Shown: positions 21,062 through 31,384, counted from the first letter of the stretch. The stretch: DNA of 64,000 nucleotides from Clostridiales bacterium (GCA_017513085.1 JAFWDK010000009.1:85772-149771), one strand, 5' to 3'. The notes: a model not told the origin generated them from the sequence alone. A program made the numbers and translations.

Positions 21062-21865
21062 ATGCCTGATGTCAATGTTGCACCTGCATCTTTGAAGTGC
21101 AAGATCTGCGGTGGTGATCTCGTGAATCATTATCTCACCGGTGCATGCGTATGTGCACATTGTGGCAACAAGTGGTCTTTGCAGGACCTCATCCCGGACT
21201 ATGGAAAATATACCCGTGTTATCGACAAAATGAATCAAGCCCAGGAACTCCTGAATGGGAAAGCGGATGTAGCGATAGCCGGTCAGGCTCAGCTCATGTT
21301 TAAGAGCGCTGCGCTTGAATGCTCGGCCCACCCTGACGCCGTTTCTTCTGATCTGATGCGTATGTGCCAGGAAGGAGAGGAGCAGGCGGAGAAAGTGAAG
21401 CATTACGCCAAGGGCCAGATGTATATGGAGAAGAAGGTGTTCAGCAGAGCCCTTTCTGAATTGGAAAAGATCCCCGGATTTAGAGATACCGATGAGTTAA
21501 TAGTAACGTGCAAAGAACAGGTTGTCATAGAGCGGAAAAAGCGTATCCCGTACGCTATCGTTGTATCCTTGATACTGCCGACGATCTTCTGCCTTTTTAC
21601 GAAAGAGAAACTGGGGCTTCCGTTGACCATTGGAATTCCATCGGCTTTGATCCTGGCTTTGGGGATCGCTTATGCGATCTATCTTAATGGAACTTTAGCT
21701 ATCCTGTTACAGATACTCTCTTTCGCATCCGCCATACCTCTGACCATATTCCTTATATTGGCGTATGGTTTTCATATGGAAACGGGACCTGCCGCAACGA
21801 CAGCTATCGTTGCACCTATAGCAGTAATAGTAGTTTTGGCTTTGAAGCCGGAAAGGAAGGAATAG
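21062..21865 (+). CDS. Zn-ribbon / TPR-like / 4-TM membrane protein
   Basis: CKICGG...CAHCG; helical repeat ending IPGFRDT; four C-terminal TM helices. Confidence 0.7.
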   Translation: MPDVNVAPASLKCKICGGDLVNHYLTGACVCAHCGNKWSLQDLIPDYGKYTRVIDKMNQAQELLNGKADVAIAGQAQLMFKSAALECSAHPDAVSSDLMRMCQEGEEQAEKVKHYAKGQMYMEKKVFSRALSELEKIPGFRDTDELIVTCKEQVVIERKKRIPYAIVVSLILPTIFCLFTKEKLGLPLTIGIPSALILALGIAYAIYLNGTLAILLQILSFASAIPLTIFLILAYGFHMETGPAATTAIVAPIAVIVVLALKPERKE

Positions 21866-21866
21866 T

Positions 21867-23267
21867 ATGGAAATAATCAGTGTCATTAAGTACGAAGGCA
21901 GTAATGAGGTATTTGCGTACAAACATCCGAAAGAAGACTTTACTATTGGTTCTCAGCTGGTCGTCCATGAATCCCAGGAAGCATTGTTCTTCCGTGACGG
22001 TAAAGCGATGGATCTCTTTACCGCAGGACGGCACACTTTGACGACTTATAATATCCCGCTCCTTCGGGATCTGATGAAGCTCGGTACGGGTGGTGAGAAT
22101 GTCTTCCATGCGGAAATTTACTTCATCAACATGGTCACTCAGATGGGTATCAAGTGGGGGACCGACAGCAAGGTAAGATTATTCGATCCTGCGTCAGGTC
22201 TGCACATTGAACTCGGTGCGAGCGGAAGCTTCAACCTGAAAGTTGTGGATTCCAAGAAGTTGATCGTAAAACTGGTCGGTACTACCGACAGCCTGCTGCA
22301 GAGTGATATTACCGGTGGCGAGGGTGTTGCTTATGGTACAGGCAAGTTCAGAGCTCTTGTTATCAACAAAGTTAAGGCCAATCTTGCACGTGTGATCAAA
22401 GAGCAGAATATCGATATTCTTGAGATCGATGCGTATCTGGATCTTATCTCCGAGCACATGAGAAATGTGATCAACGAGACATTCGAAGAATACGGTCTCT
22501 TTATGCCGGAGTTTTATGTTACCAGCATCATGACACCGGACGATGATCCGAACTTCCAGCGCCTGAAGCAGCAGTTTGCCGACAAGACCTTGAAGGTCCG
22601 TGAAGAAGAAGTCAGACGTGCTGAGGCAGAAGCCGCGCAGGGAAGAAAGATCGTTGAGGCTCAGACAGCGGCCCAGTTGAAGATGGTCAATGCCCAGGGT
22701 GAAGCAGATGCTCTGCGCATCAAGGCACAGGCGGAAGCCGAAGCTTACATGATGCAGGCACAGGCGGAAGCTACGGAAATGAAGATGAAGGGCTACACTT
22801 ACCAGGACGAGACGGCGAGAAAAGTCGGCATGGAGGCCATGCAGAACGGTATTACCGGTGGCGGTTCAGGTGGTGGAAGCGGAATCGGAGATATTGCCGG
22901 ATTGGGAGTTACGCTTGGCGCAATGGGCGGCGTGATCAATATGACCAGAGATGCGCTTAACCCGATCATGGGTGATTCCCAGAAGATGGGTCAGGGATTC
23001 GGAAATGTGGTTTCCGGAAATACCGGAAATCCGGCAGCACAGCCGAATCCGACAGCTCCGGTAGTTCCTGCGGTCCCGGTTTCCCCGTTTGATCCTGCAG
23101 CCCCGGCCAATGCAGCTCCTGCAGCTCCTGCGGCTCCAGTGGCACCAGTAGCTCCAGCGGCTCCGGTAGCACCAGCAGCTCCGGCAGGCGTATGGAATTG
23201 CCCGAACTGCGGTAAGACAGGCATCGACTCTCGGTTCTGTCCGGATTGCGGAACACCGCATATTTGA
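21867..23267 (+). CDS. SPFH/Band-7 (YdjI-like) protein with coiled coil, Pro/Ala linker and C-terminal Zn ribbon
   Basis: GSQLVVHESQEALFFRDG, KWGT, AEAEA repeats, WNCPNCG...FCPDCG. Confidence 0.85.
   Translation: MEIISVIKYEGSNEVFAYKHPKEDFTIGSQLVVHESQEALFFRDGKAMDLFTAGRHTLTTYNIPLLRDLMKLGTGGENVFHAEIYFINMVTQMGIKWGTDSKVRLFDPASGLHIELGASGSFNLKVVDSKKLIVKLVGTTDSLLQSDITGGEGVAYGTGKFRALVINKVKANLARVIKEQNIDILEIDAYLDLISEHMRNVINETFEEYGLFMPEFYVTSIMTPDDDPNFQRLKQQFADKTLKVREEEVRRAEAEAAQGRKIVEAQTAAQLKMVNAQGEADALRIKAQAEAEAYMMQAQAEATEMKMKGYTYQDETARKVGMEAMQNGITGGGSGGGSGIGDIAGLGVTLGAMGGVINMTRDALNPIMGDSQKMGQGFGNVVSGNTGNPAAQPNPTAPVVPAVPVSPFDPAAPANAAPAAPAAPVAPVAPAAPVAPAAPAGVWNCPNCGKTGIDSRFCPDCGTPHI
23112..23183 (+). 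repeat. Eight 9-bp units encoding an (A/V)AP linker
   Basis: gcagctcct gcagctcct gcggctcca gtggcacca gtagctcca gcggctccg gtagcacca gcagctccg. Confidence 0.85.
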
Positions 23268-23288
23268 TCTGATAATAGAAAAGAAAAC

Positions 23289-23326
23289 AAGGGGACTGCC
23301 ATATATGATGGCAGTTCTCTTTTTTT
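23289..23326 (+). terminator. Rho-independent terminator
   Basis: GGGGACTGCCAT-ATATG-ATGGCAGTTCTC followed by a T tract. Confidence 0.8.
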
Positions 23327-23483
23327 GCGTGCATAGATTGACCTGCGTCTTTCACGCAAGCAAATACTAAGAGGCTGCCTCGTTTTGCAGCGCCCTTTCG
23401 GGGGTCGATGCATTATGAGACAACCTCTTCCTTAATTATCAGATGGTTCCTTTAATTCCTTGGAAGCGAGACGAAAGGAAAGG

Positions 23484-24257
23484 TTACATTGCTGTGTAAC
23501 CACCATCAACGGCGAGGTTTACACCTGTTACGTAAGAAGAAGCCGGAGCTGCGAGGAAGATTGCGGCTGTATCCAGTTCGCCCTCTTCGCCATAGCGCTC
23601 TTCCGGAATCATGGTCTTCGCATTCTGCTGGAAGAAGTCACTGTTCAATGTGTCACGGGTAAGATCTGTGTAGAAGTAACCCGGGCAGATCGCATTGACT
23701 GTGATGTTGTACTTACCCCACTCTGCAGCCAGTGCACGTGTCATGTTGACGACACCGCCCTTTGCAGCGTGATAAGGAGCAGAACCGCAGATCTTGTTTC
23801 CAACCAGACCATACATGGAAGCGATGTTGATGATACGACCATACTTTGCGCCGATCATGTACTTCTTCGCTACGGCTCTGGCTACGCGGAAAGAACCGAA
23901 GAGGTCGATGTTCATTTCATTCTGGAACTGCTCATCTGTAATATCTTCTGCAGGAGCAACGGCACCGGTTCCGGCGTTGTTGATCAGAATATCGATACGT
24001 CCGAACTTTTCAAGGACCTGATCGACCATGGCATTTACAGCTGCTGTATCAGTGATGTCACAACGGATCGCAAGGGTATCTACGCCATATTCTTTCTCGA
24101 CGCTGGATGTGAATTCATCGATCAATTCCTGACGACGTGCAACCGCCACAATGGAGCAACCCTGATTTGCCAGAGCACGGGCCATCTGTACGCCCAGACC
24201 TGTAGAGCAGCCTGTGATAATAGCAACTTGTCCTTTGAAATCAAAATAATTCTTCAT
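23484..24257 (-). CDS. SDR family NAD(P)-dependent oxidoreductase
   Basis: TGCSTGLG, NNAG, YHAAK, VDGG. Confidence 0.92.
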   Translation of the reverse strand: MKNYFDFKGQVAIITGCSTGLGVQMARALANQGCSIVAVARRQELIDEFTSSVEKEYGVDTLAIRCDITDTAAVNAMVDQVLEKFGRIDILINNAGTGAVAPAEDITDEQFQNEMNIDLFGSFRVARAVAKKYMIGAKYGRIINIASMYGLVGNKICGSAPYHAAKGGVVNMTRALAAEWGKYNITVNAICPGYFYTDLTRDTLNSDFFQQNAKTMIPEERYGEEGELDTAAIFLAAPASSYVTGVNLAVDGGYTAM

Positions 24258-24495
24258 AATGTCGTTTTCTCCTGTCTTTTGTGTTTTTACCGTACAAGAG
24301 TATATCATTTCAGGCATTAAAAACGCTGTGCATTTTCATTCGTTATTTATACAAGAATAAAGTGTGCTATCCTATATTTACTAAACAACAAGACGACGAA
24401 AATCTTTATATGATTTTCGAATGAAAGATACACTGCTTTAAATGTTAGTATTTCAGTTGTGGTAAACGTGGAAAACGAAAGAGAGTAAAAGCGTC

Positions 24496-24978
24496 ATGAT
24501 AAACAGATACGAAACGACATTATGTTACCTGTATGGCCCCGACGGTGTTTTGATGATGCACCGTACGAAGAAAGAGAAAGATATCAATAAAGACAAGTAT
24601 ATTGGTGTGGGTGGTCATATTGAACAAGGCGAATCTCCGGATGAATGCGTGATTCGGGAAGTGAAGGAAGAAACAGGATTGACGCTTTGTTCTTTTCGCC
24701 TTCGTGCCGTAATTACATTTGTGATCGACGACATAGATGAAGTCACATTCCTATACACTAGCGATGATTATCAGGGCGAGATGAAGACCTGCAATGAGGG
24801 CGATCTGGTATGGGTGAAAGAGGAGAAGATCGAAGAGTTACCGATCTGGCCGGGGGATAAGATCTTTTTCCGCCTGCTAAAAGAGCGTTCGGATGTCTTT
24901 TCATTGAAACTGCATTACATACACGATGAACTGGTTTCTGCCGCGGTAGATGGAAAAACGATAGATTTTGTAGTATAA
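24496..24978 (+). CDS. NUDIX hydrolase, 8-oxo-dGTP diphosphatase (MutX-like)
   Basis: Nudix box GGHIEQGESPDECVIREVKEETGL; CNEGDLVWV; WPGD. Confidence 0.88.
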   Translation: MINRYETTLCYLYGPDGVLMMHRTKKEKDINKDKYIGVGGHIEQGESPDECVIREVKEETGLTLCSFRLRAVITFVIDDIDEVTFLYTSDDYQGEMKTCNEGDLVWVKEEKIEELPIWPGDKIFFRLLKERSDVFSLKLHYIHDELVSAAVDGKTIDFVV

Positions 24979-25029
24979 CTAATAAGTCTGCGACAAGGAC
25001 GAATGATCGGGAAGTTGAGAAGAAGAGAC

Positions 25030-26070
25030 ATGGAAGAAAAGAAAGAGATAATTACAGCCAAAGGCGGGAAAAACGACCGCGAGCATGCAAGAAAGATGGC
25101 AGAACGCCGCCTTCGGCTTCATCGTATCCGCATATTGTCTTCCGTTATTGGTGTGATCTTACTGCTGGCAGCGATCTTCCTGGTTTTTGTAGCGCATTAT
25201 GATTTCGGAAAAAAAGCATGGATCGTGAAATGGGATCCGATCCACGGATATGCATATACCATGTATTCAAAACAGGAATACAGCCATGCACGCATTGTGA
25301 TCACGGCATCGTCGAAGAAAAGCGAAGATCTGACGATCCCGGATACGATCTGGGGCGTACGTGTGGAGGAACTGGCCGACAATAGCATTTCGGACAGTGT
25401 GAAGAATATAAAACTCGGAAAGTATGTCTATCTGGTTGGAGAAGGTTTCTCCGACAGGACGATTTCTGCTTCGGATGGATATTCGGACACTTCAACATAC
25501 CTTGCGATCAAGGATAAAGACGCAAGCGGTTTTTACTATAAACTCCAGAAGGACCAGACTCTTGTAGCATATGCCTATTTTGGCACACAGGAGGCTTATG
25601 TGGCGCCATCTACGGCATTCGGTTTCAAGGTTTCCCGGTGTACGCAATACTATGTGAACGACGACTATCTGGTATTACTGGCTGAAACATTCGCAACACA
25701 TGAGAGTACAGTTCCATTCAATATGGTTAAGGTTAAGCAGATCCAGCAGAACGGAATCAACCCTTATATGCGCTATCTTACGAGCAAAGACAGTAAAGAT
25801 AAGACAAGGAAGCGTATCTACGCTCTTCCTGAGAATTTTAATTTCCTTCCGGACGGTTCTCCGGCAGATGGAGAGACGGCGATCAAGATGGCATTCCTCC
25901 ATAACGGAGACGGCAAGGGGAATAATACTGCACTGGTCATGGCCAAGTATTCGCCTCTGGATTTTATATCTGCGGTCGAGTATATCACGAAATACACAGA
26001 CGATTGTCACGAACCGGACGAACTCAACTTTGGTGATTGGACCCGGGATGGCATGGATGTTATCAATTGA
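25030..26070 (+). CDS. Membrane-anchored hypothetical protein with BspA/LRR_5-like cap segments
   Basis: Basic N-terminus and a single TM; DLTIPDTIWGVRV motif. Confidence 0.6.
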   Translation: MEEKKEIITAKGGKNDREHARKMAERRLRLHRIRILSSVIGVILLLAAIFLVFVAHYDFGKKAWIVKWDPIHGYAYTMYSKQEYSHARIVITASSKKSEDLTIPDTIWGVRVEELADNSISDSVKNIKLGKYVYLVGEGFSDRTISASDGYSDTSTYLAIKDKDASGFYYKLQKDQTLVAYAYFGTQEAYVAPSTAFGFKVSRCTQYYVNDDYLVLLAETFATHESTVPFNMVKVKQIQQNGINPYMRYLTSKDSKDKTRKRIYALPENFNFLPDGSPADGETAIKMAFLHNGDGKGNNTALVMAKYSPLDFISAVEYITKYTDDCHEPDELNFGDWTRDGMDVIN

Positions 26071-26080
26071 TATGTGAACC

Positions 26081-26740
26081 TTAGCCGATACCGATCGAGG
26101 TAGTGGCTGTGGATATAGTATCTTCCGGCGGATCATCCGGATCGATGAATTCAAAGAGACTTCCGCCTACAACTTCGATAAGAATATATTTGTATCCTTT
26201 TTGATAAAAGATCACGCTGCCTTCGTTGATGCCTTTGCTGGCAAGTTCTTCGGTAGGGATCTTAGAGTCATCGCGGGAGACGATCTTCGCACGGGATTCA
26301 AGATCTTCCCATTCCGGAGGAAGGCCGTAGATGATGGTCTTACCCTCCCAGGTATAAAGCTTTCCATTGAACATGACATACATTTCAGACTCGGTATATG
26401 GCTTTTCCATATCTTTGACACGGGTCAGGATCCGGCAACTGACATAAGCGGCTATGCAGTAAGTGGACCATAGAAGCACGACAATGATGGAAAGTAACTG
26501 GATGGCGAACCATTTTTTGAAATAGGCAATGGTCAGGATGATGATCAAGATCGCCCCGGCAATCGCGTAGCCATAGTAGATCTTATAGTACGGATCGTAG
26601 GATACCAGACCATTGACACCGACGATGTTTAATATGGAAAGACCTGCGATCAGAACGATTTCTATTATCGTCATGATCAGGATCGCTTTCTTTGTTTTGT
26701 TCTTTTCGCTCGAAATAGTTTTGTTTTCTGGTCTGGACAT
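26081..26740 (-). CDS. Hypothetical membrane protein (3 TM plus soluble C-domain)
   Basis: 219-aa ORF, GGAG RBS, hydrophobic N-terminal half. Confidence 0.65.
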   Translation of the reverse strand: MSRPENKTISSEKNKTKKAILIMTIIEIVLIAGLSILNIVGVNGLVSYDPYYKIYYGYAIAGAILIIILTIAYFKKWFAIQLLSIIVVLLWSTYCIAAYVSCRILTRVKDMEKPYTESEMYVMFNGKLYTWEGKTIIYGLPPEWEDLESRAKIVSRDDSKIPTEELASKGINEGSVIFYQKGYKYILIEVVGGSLFEFIDPDDPPEDTISTATTSIGIG

Positions 26741-26868
26741 TTTTGCGGCTCCTAAAATATGTTACGGCAATGATTATAATCCAAAGCTTGAAAAAAGAAA
26801 AACAACTTTCATTTTTCCTTGTTTTCGAGTATAGTCAAAGTAGAAATCCATGACAGGAGGAGATGCAT

Positions 26869-27069
26869 ATGGCAGTATCATTGAACCCGGATGCGAAGAT
26901 CGTGGAAACGATTCGTGAAGGCTTAAAGAAGAAGGGCGGCTATTGTCCGTGCCGGATGGAAGAAACAGAAGAGACGAAGTGCATGTGTAAGGAATTCCGT
27001 GACCAGATCGCAGATCCGGAATTTGAAGGATTCTGTCACTGCATGCTTTACTATAAATCCAAAGATTGA
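26869..27069 (+). CDS. Ferredoxin:thioredoxin reductase catalytic-beta-like protein
   Basis: GYCPC...KCMC...FCHC motif set; GGAGG RBS. Confidence 0.88.
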   Translation: MAVSLNPDAKIVETIREGLKKKGGYCPCRMEETEETKCMCKEFRDQIADPEFEGFCHCMLYYKSKD

Positions 27070-27081
27070 AAGGAGAAGAAA

Positions 27082-27396
27082 ATGGCAGAGATTACATTAA
27101 ACGCTGAGAATTTCCAGCAGGAAGTTATGGAATCCGATATCCCGGTCGTAGTCGATTTCTGGGCAACATGGTGCGGACCATGTCAGATGGTTGCTCCGAT
27201 CCTTGAAGAGATTGCGGTGGAGAACGAAGGAAAGATCAAAGTCGGAAAGGTCAATGTTGATGAGAACCGTGACCTGGCTATGGAATACAAGATCTCCAGC
27301 ATTCCAACCATGATCCTGTTTAAGAATGGTGAACCGGTAGATATGTCGTTGGGATACAAGACCAAGGATCAGCTTCTGAAGTTCCTTTTCGGCTGA
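27082..27396 (+). CDS. trxA: Thioredoxin
   Basis: VDFWATWCGPC, SIPT. Confidence 0.96.
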   Translation: MAEITLNAENFQQEVMESDIPVVVDFWATWCGPCQMVAPILEEIAVENEGKIKVGKVNVDENRDLAMEYKISSIPTMILFKNGEPVDMSLGYKTKDQLLKFLFG

Positions 27397-27458
27397 AAGA
27401 AGCAGGGAAGACTTCTTCGGAAGAGCCTGATCCCTGAAGATCTACAATAACTGCAAAA

Positions 27459-27488
27459 AAAGAGCCGCTACATATGTAGCGGCTCTTT
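27459..27488. terminator. Bidirectional terminator
   Basis: Perfect palindrome AAAGAGCCGCTACATATGTAGCGGCTCTTT. Confidence 0.85.
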
Positions 27489-27505
27489 CATGCCATCTTA
27501 TACAC

Positions 27506-27847
27506 TCACACTACTGGAGTTTTCATCTTATCATAAGCTTCTCTTGCGATTGCACGAACACTCGGATCAGAATCCGCAAATGCGAGTTTCTTGAGATATT
27601 CTTCGCAATGCTTAGCGTTAATGTTGCCGGCAGACTCAGCTGCAGCTGCACGTACCAACGGTGAAGGATCTCTAAAAAGGGGAATCAAATGCATACCTGA
27701 TTCATAAGTACTAATCTGCCCCATTGCCTTCGCTACTGCTACACGGATCTCATCTTCGGGATCCTCAGCCATTTTCAACAGCGCGCCCAGATTCTGTTTC
27801 TTGCCAAGCTTCTCGATCTTTTCTGTCAGTCTATCAATTTTTGCCAT
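27506..27847 (-). CDS. HEAT-repeat protein
   Basis: DPEDEIRVAVAKAMG, DPSPLVRAAAAESAG, DSDPSVRAIA. Confidence 0.85.
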   Translation of the reverse strand: MAKIDRLTEKIEKLGKKQNLGALLKMAEDPEDEIRVAVAKAMGQISTYESGMHLIPLFRDPSPLVRAAAAESAGNINAKHCEEYLKKLAFADSDPSVRAIAREAYDKMKTPVV

Positions 27848-28143
27848 CCGGATCGCCCCTTTCTTTTTAGTTTGTAGTTTCTATTTAGATTATGCACTTA
27901 TTTTACATTTTGCGCTAGTAGGTAATTGATAATAAGTTCTAAAGAAAATGTTTCTAAATTGTTAACAGCGGCGTGAATGGCGAAAAAGCCTTGTTTTTCA
28001 GCGTTTAAAAAGTTTTTACATGCTTTTGAAACCGATTCAGAGACAAGAATCGTACAAAAATGTGAAATTGTAATGTTACTGTTGTTTTGTATTAAAATAG
28101 GTTTGGTACACTTATTAAAATGCGACGAAAGGAGGAAGAGTAC

Positions 28144-29247
28144 GTGAGACGTGGAAGTATCGTTACTTTTTTGATAGGCTGCCTGTTACTAACATCCTGT
28201 CAGATCGCGGATCCGTCCTCCACGACATCTTCCTTGCCGACAACGTCCGAAACAGAGCTGGTGACGACCACCACCATTTTGGACACGCCGACTCCTTCTC
28301 CGATACCGACTGATACACCGACTCCGACACCATCTCCGACTCCAACGCCGACGCAGATCCTGGTGAGTTTTATAGGTGATACGACTTTGGGCGAACAAAG
28401 TATCCATGCCGGCGAGTCGTATTGTTTCACCAACGTGGTCGGAACCAATTACTTCTATCCTTTTTCAAAAGCACTTCCTTATCTGGAGAAAGATGATATG
28501 ACGCTTTGCAATCTTGAAGGACCTCTGACTACGTCGAATTCGAAGCGGCCGGAGCGAGAGATCTATCTCAAGGGCGCGCCTCGTTTTGTTGAGGTACTGA
28601 CCAATGGTAGTGTCGAGTGCGTCAATCTGGCTAATAATCACACACATGATTATCAGGAAGAGGGATTGAATGAAACCAGGAGAACACTGGAACAGGCGGG
28701 GATCAAGTGGAGTGATTCGACATCTTTTGCCACATATGAAGTAAAAGGCGTGAAGATCGGGATGGCCGGGTTCAACTTTACTTATGAAAGAAAACCATAT
28801 TATAACGCGATCGATTATCTGCGCGAACAGGGATGTGAGATCGTGATCATCTCCAGCCATATCGGCGTCGAGCGTATGTATGAGCCCGAAAACTCTGCCA
28901 TTGAGCTTGCGCATGACATTATAGATTATGGCGCGGATATTTATGTTGGATCCCATCCGCATCGTCTGCAGCCGGTCGAGTTCTATAAAGATAAATACAT
29001 TATATATAGCGAATCGAATTTCTGTTTCGGAGGCCAGCCGTTTCTCAGTGATCCGGATACGGCTATCTTCCAGTGTACTTTCTCTGTTGACGACGGCCGG
29101 GTGGTGGAGTCCCGAATGGAATGCATCCCGTTTTCCATGCGCTCGAGCGATTCCGGAAATGACTATTGTCCAATGCCTTACGAAAAGGGCAGTGAAGGCT
29201 ATGAGCGGGTATATAAGAAGCTTCGCTGGTCGGACGAAAACGAGTAA
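28144..29247 (+). CDS. CapA/PGA_cap family metallophosphoesterase lipoprotein with Pro/Thr linker
   Basis: GTG start after GGAGG; lipobox LTSC; GD, NLEG, LANNHTHDY, GSHPH, NFCFGG. Confidence 0.88.
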   Translation: MRRGSIVTFLIGCLLLTSCQIADPSSTTSSLPTTSETELVTTTTILDTPTPSPIPTDTPTPTPSPTPTPTQILVSFIGDTTLGEQSIHAGESYCFTNVVGTNYFYPFSKALPYLEKDDMTLCNLEGPLTTSNSKRPEREIYLKGAPRFVEVLTNGSVECVNLANNHTHDYQEEGLNETRRTLEQAGIKWSDSTSFATYEVKGVKIGMAGFNFTYERKPYYNAIDYLREQGCEIVIISSHIGVERMYEPENSAIELAHDIIDYGADIYVGSHPHRLQPVEFYKDKYIIYSESNFCFGGQPFLSDPDTAIFQCTFSVDDGRVVESRMECIPFSMRSSDSGNDYCPMPYEKGSEGYERVYKKLRWSDENE

Positions 29248-29437
29248 TATCAACGAGTATTCATAGTATAAACATAAATAATATGGTGTTTTGCCCAAAT
29301 CAGAAAAAAACGATGGTGCAGAACACCATTTTTGTTTTATAATAGGTCTGTTCTTTTCTTTTGGGGAGAAATCTATTCAGATCATTCCTTCCGGGGAAGA
29401 ATTCAACATTTTCAATGTTGGCAGGAGGGCACAATAC

Positions 29438-29947
29438 ATGGCACAAGCTAAGGTCCTGGTCGTTATGGGCAGTGATTCCGATTTCCCCGTTATGGAGGGG
29501 TGTTTCAAGTTACTTAAGAAGTTTGATATTCCTTTCGATGCAAGAGTATGCTCGGCACATAGAACGCCGGAACTGGCAGCTCAGATCGCGTCTTCCGCTA
29601 AAGCGGATGGTTATAGCGTGATCATTGCGGCAGCCGGACTTGCGGCACATCTGGCAGGTGTGATCGCTGCACACACGGTTCTTCCGGTCATTGGCGTTCC
29701 CTGCAAGGGCGGCGCACTTCACGGTGTGGATGCCCTTTATGCTGTCGTACAGATGCCGACCGGTATTCCGGTTGCAACAGTAGCCATCGATGGTGGAAGT
29801 AATGCTGCGATCCTTGCCGCACAGATGCTGGCACTTTCGGATGAAGTGCTTTCCGGAAAGCTTTCGGAATATAAAGCCGGTCTTGCGGCTTCGGTAGCGG
29901 AACGCGATGCTCGACTACAAGAAAAAATAGCAAATATGGGAGAGTAA
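29438..29947 (+). CDS. purE: N5-CAIR mutase PurE
   Basis: MGSDSD, SAHRTP, AAHLAG, VQMPTGIPVATV. Confidence 0.97.
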   Translation: MAQAKVLVVMGSDSDFPVMEGCFKLLKKFDIPFDARVCSAHRTPELAAQIASSAKADGYSVIIAAAGLAAHLAGVIAAHTVLPVIGVPCKGGALHGVDALYAVVQMPTGIPVATVAIDGGSNAAILAAQMLALSDEVLSGKLSEYKAGLAASVAERDARLQEKIANMGE

Positions 29948-29951
29948 CACT

Positions 29952-31376
29952 ATGAGCAGAAAGTTACAAGAAGAATGCGGAGTTTTCGGCGTTTTCGATA
30001 CTGCGAAGACAAGTCCCGATATCTCCAAACTGACGTACTACGGCATTTTCTCGCTTCAGCACAGAGGCCAGGCTTCCGCAGGTATCGTTGTCAACCATGA
30101 CGGGCAGTTTCTCTGCCACAAGGCCCACGGTCTGGTAGCCGATGTTTTCGATGACTTGCATCTGGGAACGCTTACCGGCCATGCTGCAATCGGACATGTC
30201 AGAACTCCGGCCCCGAATGAGAGCGGCTATGACGTGGTTCAGCCGATGCAGATCAAGTCACATTCCGGTCAGATCGCTATTTCGATCAATGGTTCGATCC
30301 TAAATGCGGAAAAACTTCGTGAGTCTCTGAAAGAGATCGGCGCGATCTTCCAGACAACGGCTGATTTTGAAGTCTTGCTTTCCCTGATCGCAAGAAACCG
30401 CGTATCAACCAATTCCCTTGAGGAAGCGATCCAGAAGATGATGAGCGAACTTAAGGGTGCTTATGCATTCCTCGTGATGAGCGAAGACCGTATCATCGGT
30501 GCACGTGACCCGCTCGGACTTCGTCCGCTGGTCCTTGGCAAAAAGGGTGATATGTACATGCTGGCATCTGAGAATTGTGCTTTTGATGCAATCGGCGCGG
30601 AAACGATCCGCGATGTGCTCCCTGGTGAGATCATTACGATCAAAGAAGATGGTTATTCATCGATCTATACAGTTCCGAAGGAGTGTGCGCATAAGGACGG
30701 AAAACTTTGTATCTTCGAATTTGTTTATCTGGCCAGACCGGATAGTTTTATCGATGGTACAAGCGTTTATGAATCCCGTGTAAATACAGGACGCGCACTG
30801 GCTCGTGAGTGCCCGTGCGATGCAGACCTTGTTGTTGCGGCACCGGACTCCGGTATTGCAGCAGCGATCGGATATGCGCAGGAAAGCGGTATTACATACG
30901 GACAGGCGCTTCTGAAAAACCGTTATGTCGGCCGTACATTTATCGAGGGAACACAGGCTGCACGTGAAATGGCGGTTCGTTTGAAGTTCTCTGTTCTGAA
31001 GACTGCGGTGAAAGGTAAGAAGATCGTTATCATCGACGACTCTGTCGTACGTGGTACTACTACTAAACATATTATTTCCTTCCTTCGTGAGGAAGGTGCG
31101 AAAGAAGTGCATCTCCGTGTTGCATCTCCGCCGGTTAAATATCCTTGCTATTACGGTGTTTCGGCTTCCGAGGCAGATATGCTTCCTGCCCGCTCGATGA
31201 GTGTGGAAGAGATCCGTGATATGCTCGGCGCTGATTCCCTCGGTTATGTAAGTCTGGAAGGGCTGAAAGCTTCTACAGAAGGCGCGCTTTGCGGCCACTG
31301 CAGTGCTTGCTTTGACGGTATCTTCCCGGCCGGTGTTCCGGAAGAGTGCGGTGAAGATTCTCCGCATCGTATCTGA
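29952..31376 (+). CDS. purF: Amidophosphoribosyltransferase
   Basis: EECGVFG, LQHRGQ, CIFEFVY, DDSVVRGTT. Confidence 0.96.
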   Translation: MSRKLQEECGVFGVFDTAKTSPDISKLTYYGIFSLQHRGQASAGIVVNHDGQFLCHKAHGLVADVFDDLHLGTLTGHAAIGHVRTPAPNESGYDVVQPMQIKSHSGQIAISINGSILNAEKLRESLKEIGAIFQTTADFEVLLSLIARNRVSTNSLEEAIQKMMSELKGAYAFLVMSEDRIIGARDPLGLRPLVLGKKGDMYMLASENCAFDAIGAETIRDVLPGEIITIKEDGYSSIYTVPKECAHKDGKLCIFEFVYLARPDSFIDGTSVYESRVNTGRALARECPCDADLVVAAPDSGIAAAIGYAQESGITYGQALLKNRYVGRTFIEGTQAAREMAVRLKFSVLKTAVKGKKIVIIDDSVVRGTTTKHIISFLREEGAKEVHLRVASPPVKYPCYYGVSASEADMLPARSMSVEEIRDMLGADSLGYVSLEGLKASTEGALCGHCSACFDGIFPAGVPEECGEDSPHRI

Positions 31377-31384
31377 GGTGCCAC

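Noticed and set aside
28286-28352. ACNCCG-type tandem repeats
   Set aside because: Ordinary Pro/Thr linker coding sequence, not a CRISPR or contingency repeat
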